From the NCBI GenBank assembly GCA_047967505.1, contig CM106538.1: a stretch of DNA of 64,000 nt; one strand, given 5' to 3'. The DNA is from Dipteris shenzhenensis. Lineage: Eukaryota. The position numbers and the translations under genes are program-made. Below the pieces are notes generated by a model. It saw nothing but the letters and a program-made list of their open reading frames with translations. It had not been told where the DNA came from and ran no database searches. Of the stretch, positions 38,571 to 49,327 are shown one piece after another (the first letter of the stretch is position 1; each line of letters opens with the position of its first letter).

Positions 38571-39129
38571 ACTACTAGTGTTTCTATGGAAACTACACAT
38601 CTAAACTCATCTCCCTCTTGAATATCTTCCTTAATATACCAACTAGGATAGACTAGATTATCCAAGAATTGTTCTACCATTTGTTTACATACCCACATCA
38701 TCTTTGTTTTATGAATGAATACCAATTTGAAGCAATGAACAAACATCGAAGAGGGCATGAACCAACTTGCCAATAGACTTAGAAACAAAAGTGATTTTCA
38801 TGGATGCTTGAATACCTTTTTGCTACTTCATTCTACATTCATCTATATTGAATGCTCAGTGAATGTATCAGGAATAGGCCATTCTATACAATCAAATGCA
38901 GGAAGAGGTACTAGGAAAATGCTTCCAAATGCTCGATCTCTTCAAGGCATTATATTAAAAATTCCCTAAATTGATTAAGGAGACCGAAGCACACCTTGGG
39001 AACATCAACTCCCCAATCGTTGAATAGAAAGCTTGAAAAGCTCCTATCAAACTCTCCAAAAGATGGTTTTCAATCTTTGTGGAAGGAAATATGTCTGTAT
39101 GGATGGCTAAGAAATAGATTTTGTTCATG

Positions 39130-39195
<66 letters not shown>

Positions 39196-39375
39196 TGCAC
39201 GCACCCCCCCCCCCCACACACACACACTATTCCTTGGTGTCATTCAACCATTCATACGCGTACACATACACGGACACTTACACACACCCTCACACACATA
39301 CGTGCACATACACTATAAATGATTTTTCATATTGCGACTCATATACACATACATACACATGCATCATATATACAA
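39130..39375. repeat. (CT)n(CA)n microsatellite and CA-rich tail
   Basis: Directly visible. Confidence 0.9.
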
Positions 39376-39388
39376 TGCTCACTTGTGC

Positions 39389-40240
39389 CTAGTTCGTACT
39401 GGGGTTCAGAGAAGCTTGAATAATACAAGTTGCAGCTAGTTTATAGGCATAGGCTTGGATGCCCACTACTCCCAGATCCCCTTGATCTTTTGGTCTGATA
39501 CAAAATTCCCATATGACGTTGGATATCTTTCTGAGATTGTTGTTTCCTCCCCATAGGAAAGATCTGCATAACTTGGTAAAGCTATCCAAAGCAGTTTTAG
39601 AGGGACACCAACATGATAGGTTTAAGATGGTAATAGGATAGATGTAGTGATTTAGGACCATTCTCCTTCCTACCAAGTTGGCTTGATATTCCATCCATCT
39701 CTCTAGTTTTTCCCTGAACATGACCTACAGGTTGACAATGGCTTCAAGAAGGTGTCGGCCCTTCTATTCAGGGAGAATCTTGATCCTTAGTGTTATGGCC
39801 TTGGCAAAGATCTTGTAGCTGTAGTTTAGCATAATCAAGGGTCTCAAGTTTTTTAGTGTCTGCATGTCACCACGTTTTGTAATTAACTTGATAACACCTC
39901 AATTAACACATTTTGTGGGGAGGGCAAAAGCTAAGAGGCTATCTTCCCAAAGCTTAAGAAGATATTGGCCTGTATCTTGCTAGAAGATTTTTGTAAAACT
40001 CAATGGGCAGGCCATCCTCCCGCGCCAGGGGTTTTTACATCAATCATAATGTCAACAACTTTCAGCTCCTTTAGGGTGAGAGGTTGGTCCATGTAAAGGT
40101 TTTTAAAGTTCTAGATAGTTTTTCTTTTGGACTATCTGCATCTCTCCCTAGCTTGCAGCATTTATGCATCTTCCTTTCTTGACGTGGAGAGTAAATTTTG
40201 GAAGATTAGATGGAGGTTGTCTTCTTTTAATTACCTAATT
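39389..40240 (-). mobile_element. Degenerate L1-like LINE ORF2 fragment with internal deletion
   Basis: KNLRPLIMLNYSYKIFAKAI (~39795-39855) and NLVGRRMVLN...CRSFLWGG...WEFCIRPKDQGDLG (39389-39721). The RT core between them is missing. It may continue at 38580-39110. Confidence 0.8.
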
Positions 40241-40386
40241 TTGTTTCTTTGGGCCGATTTCATTACTAAGACCTCCCCTTCTACGAGGGCAGGCCAATAA
40301 TAAGAATCAGACCAACCGATGAAATGTAAAGGAGGCCGGTCCAAATTCCCAGCACCGTCGAAGAAAGGAAAATCAAATCAGAAGCG

Positions 40387-40474
40387 GACACGTGGTAGTA
40401 CGGACCTCCTACACACGTTTACGCGTGGTGCTATGGCGATGATGACGCGTGGCGCGGGATATGTATTTATAAAT
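40387..40474 (+). promoter_or_regulatory. ABRE/G-box and CE3/CGCG-box cluster plus TATA box upstream of paralog 2
   Basis: GACACGTGG 40387-40395, ACGCGTGG 40421-40428, GACGCGTGG 40444-40452, TATAAAT 40468-40474. Confidence 0.65.
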
Positions 40475-40511
40475 TTCAAATGATCATGTGAATCTTGCCA
40501 TATCTGAATCA

Positions 40512-41361
40512 ATGGCGCTCGCCCTCTCCGTCGACAGTTCGTGTTGGGTCTCCGTCGGAATCTTCCGTCCCTGCCCCCCTTTCACCACTCACGACCTCCT
40601 CGCTCGCCTCTCCTCCATCACCCAATCCTTCCATCGCACCGGCTTTGTCCGCTCCGCCGTCCTCAAAAGCCTCAGCAACGCCTCCTCCGCTTGGGTGAGA
40701 CTCACATCCTCCTCCCTAATTTCACCATTTCGTCGCTGCGCTCATACCAACTCTTTGCCTCATTTATCTTGCGCTGCGCAGGTTGCTGTGTACTCGGTTT
40801 GGGAAAAGGGAACCGTGGAAGACGTTCCTTGCGGCAAGAATCCAAAGGTGAGATGGTTGGTTCTGTCACTAGGCTTTCGGACAATGCGTACGTGAATTAA
40901 TTGTGGGAATCTCCCGAACTAAACTGTCTATTTGTTTACAGATGGATGTATTTGACAAGGCAATTTCTCCGGTAGCACGAAGCGTCGATGTTAGCTGGTA
41001 CGAGGTATCCTGCTGGGACTCCAAAGGGAAGGATTTGTTTCCGGAGATATCACAAGGAGATGTGGTGCACATACGGGGTATCATTGGAGACACCGAATAT
41101 AAAGAATTTTCGTATTCGTGCTTAGCCATTCTAAAGGCTTACTTCCAGCAAGTTGAGGGCTTGTTATCTTGCACTTTCTATAATTCCTTCGATGGTTTGA
41201 GCATGATAGGATTGGGAATCTGGCAGCATGAAGAGGCAGCCCGCGCATTCTTTAATACTCCAGGGGGTCCACCTGAGGAATGCTACTGGAGGAGCTTGGG
41301 TGCCAAATGCAGGTTTGGGATCTATGAGGTAGTGTTGGTGACATCGGAAGGACAAGAGTGA
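40512..41361 (+). CDS. Uncharacterised 222-aa protein with two ABM/dimeric alpha-beta-barrel-like repeats (paralog 2, 3 exons)
   Basis: Exons 40512-40694, 40782-40847, 40942-41361, with GT-AG introns and an open spliced frame. By hand count, 24 of 223 aligned positions differ from paralog 1. Confidence 0.88.
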
Positions 41362-43666
41362 TGAAAAAATGAATTCTAGGCTTGTTCTACACTAATTCGA
41401 GCAGCTCGCTCCCAGCTTGTCACCGAAAATTGGACAGCATATGCAGCCGCCGCACAAGAAGGAGAATACTGTATAGGGCATAGGGCCAAGCCGCACCAGA
41501 AGGAGGATACTGTATAGATCGACGGGGCATAGGGCCAAGCCGCATGGTGGTTAAAAGGTGAACTCCTGCAGCGTTGCTCGGGGAGAAACTGCATCATGCT
41601 CGGTGAATCCAGGAAAGCAATTACACGTTGGTAAGCTAAGTTAAGGGCCTCCTGCTTTCAATTGTCCAGCGGGAGAGCATTGAACCGGTTCCTGCCCCGC
41701 GGATGTACTATTGCATGCAACAGAAGAAGACCCTGAATGGAAATTTCCCACAGACTCCTCTACACAGACAGTCCTATTACTTCAAGTGAGCTTCATCAAG
41801 TGTAATTTATCAATAGCATAATAACTCATGAATTCTCAAAATTTATTTCATTTTCATAATGTAAGTCTTTGCATAGTGTTCCCCCTAGCAAGACAAAAAT
41901 GTTTAGCAAAGACGCCACTAGTACACACTAGCTTCGAATGTATGTGGCGTGAATATTGTGATGCATAAGCACAAACCTACTCATTATGCAAGTCACACTA
42001 GTCCACACTAACTTCGAATTTATGCAGTGTGATGTGAATCGCACGTTTCAATCTCCAACAGACTTTCACCTCGAATAAGAAACACCAACACCTTACTTTC
42101 AGGGCCTTTAGAATTGATCACTCCTCCTTCTAGTGGGGATCGTGAGACTGAGAGTGCCTGTGAGAGGCAAAGTGATGACATCCTCAGCATTAATCTCTTA
42201 CCATTGCACAAAATTATTCTGTTTTTCTTTGTAAACCACGCTACCTCAACCCATTGCACTTCGTTTCAAGATGAATGTGTCCTTTTTGAAAGACCTTGCT
42301 TATATTTTAGGGGTCCAACAATGCTCATAGGTATCGTAAAGGGTAAGGCTCGTTTCACAAATGGCTGCCCACAACTCCTCGGACGAGCGCTCAACCAATG
42401 AAAAAATGCAAAAGGAATTGTAGGGGTGATGTCCACTTCAAAAACAAGCGTACACCTTCTGCCAAAAAAACAAGAGGCACAAGGGTTCTGGGCGCACTGC
42501 CCTTGGACATGAGTAAATGTTTTAGCATTGTCAGGCTATGATTTTTTTATTAGAAAGTTTCCTTTCCATGGGTAAATTTCACTTTTAGCAAGTCTTGTTT
42601 AGATGGCCACCTTAAAGGGCAACTTCCTTGTTGCTATAGCCTGCCCCTAGCGAGGCAGTGCTAACCAAAAAAACGATATGGTGGTTGACTCATGCCCATC
42701 GAGGAAGAAATCTTGGGTGGCAACAAGAGCTCGCCCAAGAGGTTGGGTGGAAGAGGGGCCCATGCATGTTAGCTAAACTTTTGCATTGTAGGGACTTTAG
42801 CCAGGACCACTCGTTTGAGATTCCTTAATGTTACCACTTAACCACCTCACCCTTGGAGCAACTATAAGATCACATTTATTGTTGCCATTGGAATCAACAT
42901 CTAGCAACGGTCAACGAGGATCTTCCAACAACAGAGACCAATGTTGCAACCCGTTCTTGAAGCACATAGCTTGGGTAGCAATGCAAATGATGACCTGCAA
43001 GAAGACGATTGTGCAGAAATCCTACTCAAGGCTACGCTCATCCATACAGTAGGTCACTTGGTTGATGAGGAGCTCAAAGTTGAGAGCAAAATCTTATGCG
43101 ATTGGCTAGAGGTATTTCAAGCCTAGGTCTCTCCACCGTTGAGAGGTTAGAGGAACTATTGCAATACATTGATGGGGATGATGTTTGATTGGAGTCCCCA
43201 ATGAGGCTCCCAAGGGACCTCTATCACTTTGTGTGCAGATTGCTTCATGAGGACCTCTCCCAAACAAAGATTCCATTGTCCCTGCACACTATTCCTTCCA
43301 GAGTCTTCTCTGTCGAGAAGAAAATTGCAATTGTGTTGCATAGGATTGGCTCAAGAATGAAGCATAGCGACATTTCATAGATGTATGGAGTTGAAAAATT
43401 ATATTGTTGGCCACGTGGTGAGGCAGTTCATGAAAGGATTGCTAAAACACATGACCCAATTCATACGTTGGCCTGTAAATAAAGCATCTTTATGGCTAGA
43501 GACACTCAAGGGTTTCCCAAATTGTGTTGGAGCAATCGACAATACCCACATTGAAATTAAACTGCCTTGGAAGGTAGTCAATGTCATTGCAAGGAGTGGT
43601 GGACTCCAATATATGGTTCCTAGACATTCTCACTGGGTGGCCTCGATCTATGAATGACTTATGACT

Positions 43667-43923
43667 CTTGGGGGGTGCACTACTTAGAAATCCTATGTAT
43701 CATGTGCATTCAAGGGGTATTTAAAAAACCCCTCAACTAAAACTTCCCCCCCAATAAAACACCACTCTTTACTTATGAACTAAGTGATTTTTTTCTAAAG
43801 CTAAATTAAAAAACCCCTCCTATTATTGTAAACATGTTAAAATTTCCCAAAAAGTTAAATTAAAATACCCCTCCTTTTGAATGCATGTGGTACACTAAAA
43901 TTTTATGAGGTGAACCCCCCAAA
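43667..43923 (+). mobile_element. MITE subfamily B, 257 bp
   Basis: TIR cttggggggtgcac/gtgaaccccccaaa and TSD ttatgact/ctatgact. Confidence 0.88.
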
Positions 43924-44254
43924 CTATGACTCCTAAGGAATTCTAGCCTGTATCATAAGTAGAAAAGGGGTAGATCCTCAATATGATGACATTTGTGGAT
44001 GGAGACATAGAGATTTGAGAGCACATCCTAGCGGATGGGGGCTAAATTTCCCTTATGTAGTTGGTCATTCCATTCCCTCCTCAAGAGACCCAGAGATTGA
44101 AGGATTTTGATTTCATCCACTCCTCCAGTAGGATAGTAGTGGACAAGGCATTCGATAGGATGAAGAACACATGTCCGTTCCTACACAATCCTTCTCGATA
44201 GCCAAACATAAAATTCCTCCCCAAGTTGATTGTTGCAGCATGCTGCATTCTACA

Positions 44255-44512
44255 ATTGGGGGTTCCACCTCCAAAAAATTTGGTGTACCACGTGCATTCA
44301 AAAGGAGGAAATAATTTTGATCCCACTTTTGGAAAAAATATAACAAGATTACAATAATGGGAGGGGGTTTTAAATTCAAAGTTACAAAATATCCGTTAGT
44401 TCATAAGTTAAATAGGGGTGGTTTATTGGGGAAAAATTTTAGTTGAGGGGTTTTTTAAATACCCCCTAAATGCACGTGACACCTAGGATTTCTTAGTAGT
44501 GAACCACCTGAG
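44255..44512 (-). mobile_element. MITE subfamily B, 258 bp, opposite orientation
   Basis: Reverse complement of 43667-43923. TSD attctaca/attttaca. Splits the ACCILHN motif. Confidence 0.88.
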
Positions 44513-45451
44513 ATTTTACATAACATCTTCTTGGACTTCAAAGCAGAGATATCCGATGACAACCTTGTTCCTGACATGAATGTGCAATTGAACAATGAGG
44601 CGGGAGGCTATGAATAGGAAGAGTTGGTCAGAGATGTGCCATTGGATTATCTTCCTCATGAGTGAATCCGATTGTAGAAACTATTATCATGCTACTCATA
44701 TGTATCAAATTAGTTATGACATTAAAATAATTTGTTGAACCTTTCCAATTGTTGTACATGATTTTCTCTTGAGAATTTTCTATGTTCCACGTACTATGTT
44801 TTTCTATATATTCTCTGTATTTAGTTCTCTATGTATACATTCTATAAATACTAATTTGAACCATTCTTTCCAATGAAAGATTAACTTGAACATAGAAACG
44901 TTCAAGGATAGCAGATGGGAAAATATCAAAGACACACTTGCACACCATCAAAAGTAATTAACAACAAAAGATATAGCACACTTAGAGGTCCCTGCTATGG
45001 GTTATCTTGGTGGCCTTCAATACAAAATAAGAAATTGATCAAACTACTTGACATGGCAGTGCCATTGTCTTACTAGAGTCGGATAGATAGGCAGTCGAAA
45101 AAAAAGAGCTTGTACTATTTCCTAGCAAGCCCTGCCATCGAATGTGCTATGTTGTTGGAGTGAGCACTAGATGTGTTATTATTATATGCCCTAGTGGATT
45201 CTTCAATGTTGATGGAATGTCATAGACTTTGGAGACGATTCAACATCTGGAACATTATCATCTGCATCTAAAAAACAACACAGGGTTATAGCCCAGACAC
45301 AATGTACATCTGTTGTCTCTATGCCAACATGGACTTATGTTGTTTTTGTGCCAACATGGACTTAGGTAGTACAGAATGTGTGTGTAGAGTAGTGGCAAAG
45401 CTCCGCTTGTACTTTCATAAGGCTAGGAATAATCTCTCTTAGGAATCCTCA

Positions 45452-45785
45452 ACGTGCAAGTTCTACTTGCGATTCCTACATACGAGTTCTACATGCAACT
45501 CCTACATGCAAGTCCTACATGCGATTCCTACATGCATGTTCTACTTGCAACTTCTACATGCATGTTCTACTTGCAACTTCTACATGCAACTTCCACATGC
45601 AACTCCTAAATGCGATTCCTACATGCAACTCGTACATGCAACATGTAACATGCGAGTTCGACATGCAACATGCAACTCCTACATGCAACTTGCAACTTCT
45701 ACATGCAACTTCTATATGCAAGCTCTACATGCAGAGAGAGAATGTCTTACAATTCCTACATGCAGAGAGAGAAGCTCTCCAACTT
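45452..45785. repeat. Minisatellite of 7/14-bp unit (ctacatg-caact[tc])
   Basis: More than 20 degenerate ctacatgcaact(c/t) units. Confidence 0.9.
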
Positions 45786-45923
45786 GTATAAATACCCCAT
45801 AATGGAATGAATCCCACACTCTTTGGGGCATTGTGTTGAGTTCTACTTTGGTATTCCAAACAATTGTTTCAAGTGTCCATGCTTCCTTGCACTCCATGTC
45901 CAAAAGCATGTCCTAACCTTGCA

Positions 45924-46390
45924 CCTCCTCCTCCCCTCTCCTCAACCTTAGAACCCATCCTCTCCCTCTCCTCCTCTCTCCTCCTCCTCCTCCTCCTCCT
46001 CCTCCTCCTCCTCTTCCTCCTCCTCCCTCCTCCTCCTCCTTCCCTCTCCTCCTCCCTCCTCTTCCTCCCTCCTCTTCTTCCCTCCTCTCTCTCCTTTCCC
46101 CCTATGCTCTTACATCTTCTTCCTCTCCCACTCCTATGCTCCCCCTAAACCCTTAGCTCCTCAACCCTTAACCTCCATGAACTACAAGGGAGACGAGTCT
46201 CCACCATGTACTCTACTCTGAACCTTGGATCCTCCTTCCAACCCTGGAACCTCTTCTAAACTCAGGAACCCCTTCTAAACTCTGAAGCCTCTTCTAAACT
46301 CTGGAACCTCATTCTAAACCTTGGAACCTCCTTCTAAACTCTGAACCTCCCTCTAACCCTTAAACTCCTGCTAAACCCTTCAAACCCCAA
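45924..46390. repeat. (CCT)n tract and ~20-bp ccttctaaactctggaa tandem repeats
   Basis: CCT runs 45924-46130 and repeated ttctaaac units 46245-46380. Confidence 0.85.
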
Positions 46391-46565
46391 TGAAGGCAGA
46401 AGCTTTCATTAGCTCAACCATGATGATGCAGGTTCCTTTTACACATGCATGCACTATGCTATGAGGTTATGAGGTTAGCAGAGAGAGTGGTTAGATATGG
46501 GAAGTTGGATGTGAGATATGCCCTGTCATCTTCTGACACTTCTTTTTGCTGGTGCGATGGGATCA

Positions 46566-48894
46566 TCAAGCTGCATGGGTGGGATGTCGGTTATCATGCC
46601 TTGCAAATAATAGTGATGGCCTTTGTGGCAATGGCAACAAACCAGCAATAATCTTGAGGGGAGGACTACCTATGAGGCATACATATGCAATGAAAGCATT
46701 TATCTTGAGTGTTATAAACCCGGCATGTGTAGATAGGAAGAATATATTTTTCTCATCTTCAGACAAGTCTTGGCAAATTATGCATAGAGTTTTGGTCCCT
46801 ATGGAATGTTCCCATTTGATTGTTGGATGAGCGGATATGATCCTGATTTGGAGTTGCTTCCATTGGATAAGCACGCGTGCATTGAGGTGATCTTCCACTT
46901 GTAGTGCAGCCACAAGCTCTTGGTACACCACCATTGTGCATTGTAGTGGGTCTTCATTGGTGGTGTCTTCCATTGCCTCATTGTTGTGCACTAGCAATTG
47001 GAGTTCAAGCTTGGAGATGATTATCTTTTGGGAGTGCACCTCATCCATTTTTTCTTTGTATTTCTGGTAGATGGATGTATATGCCTCCTTAAGCTTTCCC
47101 ATTTGCAAGGTGACCTTCGCCTATTGAGGAACATCTTCAGTGGTATTGGACCATTGGTCCAAGACTTGTGCTTGTGAAGTGCTGGCCTCTTTAGCGGTAG
47201 CAAGTTGGTCCTTTAAGATTCTGCATGCCCTTGTAAGCTCGTCAATGCTGAAGGCACATACTGCCAAAGATTGTTTCATGTCTTCAAGCCTGTCTTTACA
47301 ATCCTGGAGCTCTTCTTCTTTATGAATTAGAGTGAGTCGAGCTTTGGCCTCTACCTCCATCTCTACTGAGCATGTGTGGAGGTCAAGGAGTCATAGTAGG
47401 TCTATAGGATTTTTGTTGCTTGTACTGTTGCTGCTGTCAGTTGTGTTTGGCTTTGGTGGAGGTTGGAGGTCACATCCCTCACTGCCTTCTCTTGAGCTTG
47501 GAGAGCTTGGTTCATGTGCTTGGTTCATGTGCACTTCTTCTACCTCCTTCTCATCTATTTGTGCCCGAAGTGCCTTGACCTCTATGGCGATTTCTTGGAA
47601 ATGGTCTTCAATTTTTGTTGCAGTCTGTCTGTCCAATTCTCTTGCATATTCTTCCTTGGCCAAGCTAGTGAATAGTTTGGATATTTGGATCATTTGGCTA
47701 GCTTGATGTTGGAGAATGACAGACGATGATGAGGATTGGCGATACTGCTGATACAAGTGGTGCCCATGTAGCCATCTTGATGATTCTATAGTACTTGTGG
47801 GAGGTTGTTCCAATGGTATTTCAGTCACTTGTGTACAATAGTCATATTGTTGATCGGGCAATAGCTCCCCTTGTGGCTCATCGACTAGTATGGCATCGAT
47901 GGGCAATTTTGGTGCTGATGTAGCCTCAGGCTCTGGTTGTTGTTATTGTTGGAAATATATTGGTTGCAGTTGTGCACCAAACTGTAGCATCTCGTGGGGC
48001 AATTCCTCAATTCCGACCTCCAGTATAGGCATTTCTTCTGAGGCATCTGCACTTGCCAATGTGATAGTAGGAGAAAGTGTTGGTGACGGCTCCCATATTG
48101 GTGGTGAGAAGGGAATGTCCAACTCCTCAACTGGTTTTGGTGACTAGGGCAGAGTCATTTCTTGTTCTTGTAGCCCTTTTTTTATGATTATAGCGAATAA
48201 GTGTGGAATTTTACATTTTTGGCCTGATGAACCATCTAGTTTTTTTGTGAAGAACATGACTAAGTGCTGGATCCAATCTTGCTTAGTTTCCTACTCAGCA
48301 AAACAAATGTGCAGAGTGGAAAGGATCGATTCTTGCTGCACTTAACCCCCAGGATTGTGTGAGGAGAGCTGTACTTCGAGAAATTTAGCATCGGTAGGCT
48401 GTGTAGGGTATTTGGCACCTTGTGTTGGGAGTGAGAAAGCCCTTTGAATGACTGTACTGTCAAGGATAAAGCTGAGTGGGCTCACCGTACTTGCCAACCT
48501 ATGCATTGCTAGAGTGGTAAGAATGGAGAAAGTCCCTGATGTATGTGGTCATTATAGGACTGTTCTCCAAGGATTTTAGGCTCTCATGCAAACTTCCTAG
48601 ACCCCTTTTCTCTAAGTAAGATGTTGCTTCCTTGGAAAGAGCATAAGTCGATGTAGGTGACCAAACAAGTTCCAGTGATTGAGCCTTGTCAATGGTTGTG
48701 TAGGCCGGCGGTGACTGGTGTGGCACTTGTTCGTCTTGGTCATGCACTAAATCCTCCTCGGAGCTATTGCTCTGGACCACAAACGTGGTTGTGGCAGTGG
48801 GCTCTTTTTGTGTATCCTCTTTAGTGGTTGCATTTTTTCTAAACCTGCATCCATGTGCATGTGGTGTACCATTGATCATTAGATTAGTTGGCAT
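46566..48894 (-). pseudogene. Disrupted extra ORF downstream of Gypsy integrase: low-complexity, coiled-coil, RING-like C-terminus
   Basis: Run of same-strand ORFs 48499-48894, 47391-47906, 47121-47360, 46566-47108 with heptad-like E/K/L segments. CIIC and, after a frameshift, CFHC. Confidence 0.5.
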
Positions 48895-49327
48895 GTAGGT
48901 ATGACCTTTGTGTGTGCTTGTGAGAGATCTTATTTTTATACATGCTTTGAGAGTGTGGAATGAAAGTGTGTGACACGATTATTCATGCAATCATCTATGT
49001 GTCTAAGAAAAAGCATGTGAGTACACGTGACCTATTAGCTAGGTAGGGATCTTTTTTGTTGTTGCTGGGATTTCATAGGGTAGCTAGAACTCAAGCATCA
49101 CTTCTAAGCCCTAGGTTAAAATCAATTAATGCTATCTATATGTGTGAAGACGTACATATGCAAGTGAGTGCTCATGATACAATCTAATCCTAATTAAGGA
49201 AGACTTGGGTTTCCCAAATCTTAATTCTTGTTGGGGATGGCTTGCGTGTTGAAGTAGTAGCGCTTTAGTTAGCTCCCGTTTATTGTTGTGTTGAATTGGA
49301 CTCCATCCAATGTCTCTAGCAGCACAG

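Larger units (their letters stand above)
42870..44640 (+). pseudogene. PIF/Harbinger DDE transposase pseudogene interrupted by two MITEs
   Basis: FSVEKKIAIVLHRIG, FIRWP, GFPNCVGAIDNTHI, LDILTGWPRSMND, HILADGG, RIVVDKAF and ACCIL(HN) occur in the expected order. Confidence 0.88.

Noticed and set aside
45452-45785. Regular short repeats that could be mistaken for a CRISPR array
   Set aside because: The units are contiguous with no unique spacers, there are no cas genes, and the context is eukaryotic; it is a minisatellite.
45311-45882. Possible solo LTR (TGTTG start, TATAAATA, CA end)
   Set aside because: No TSD or second copy could be identified.
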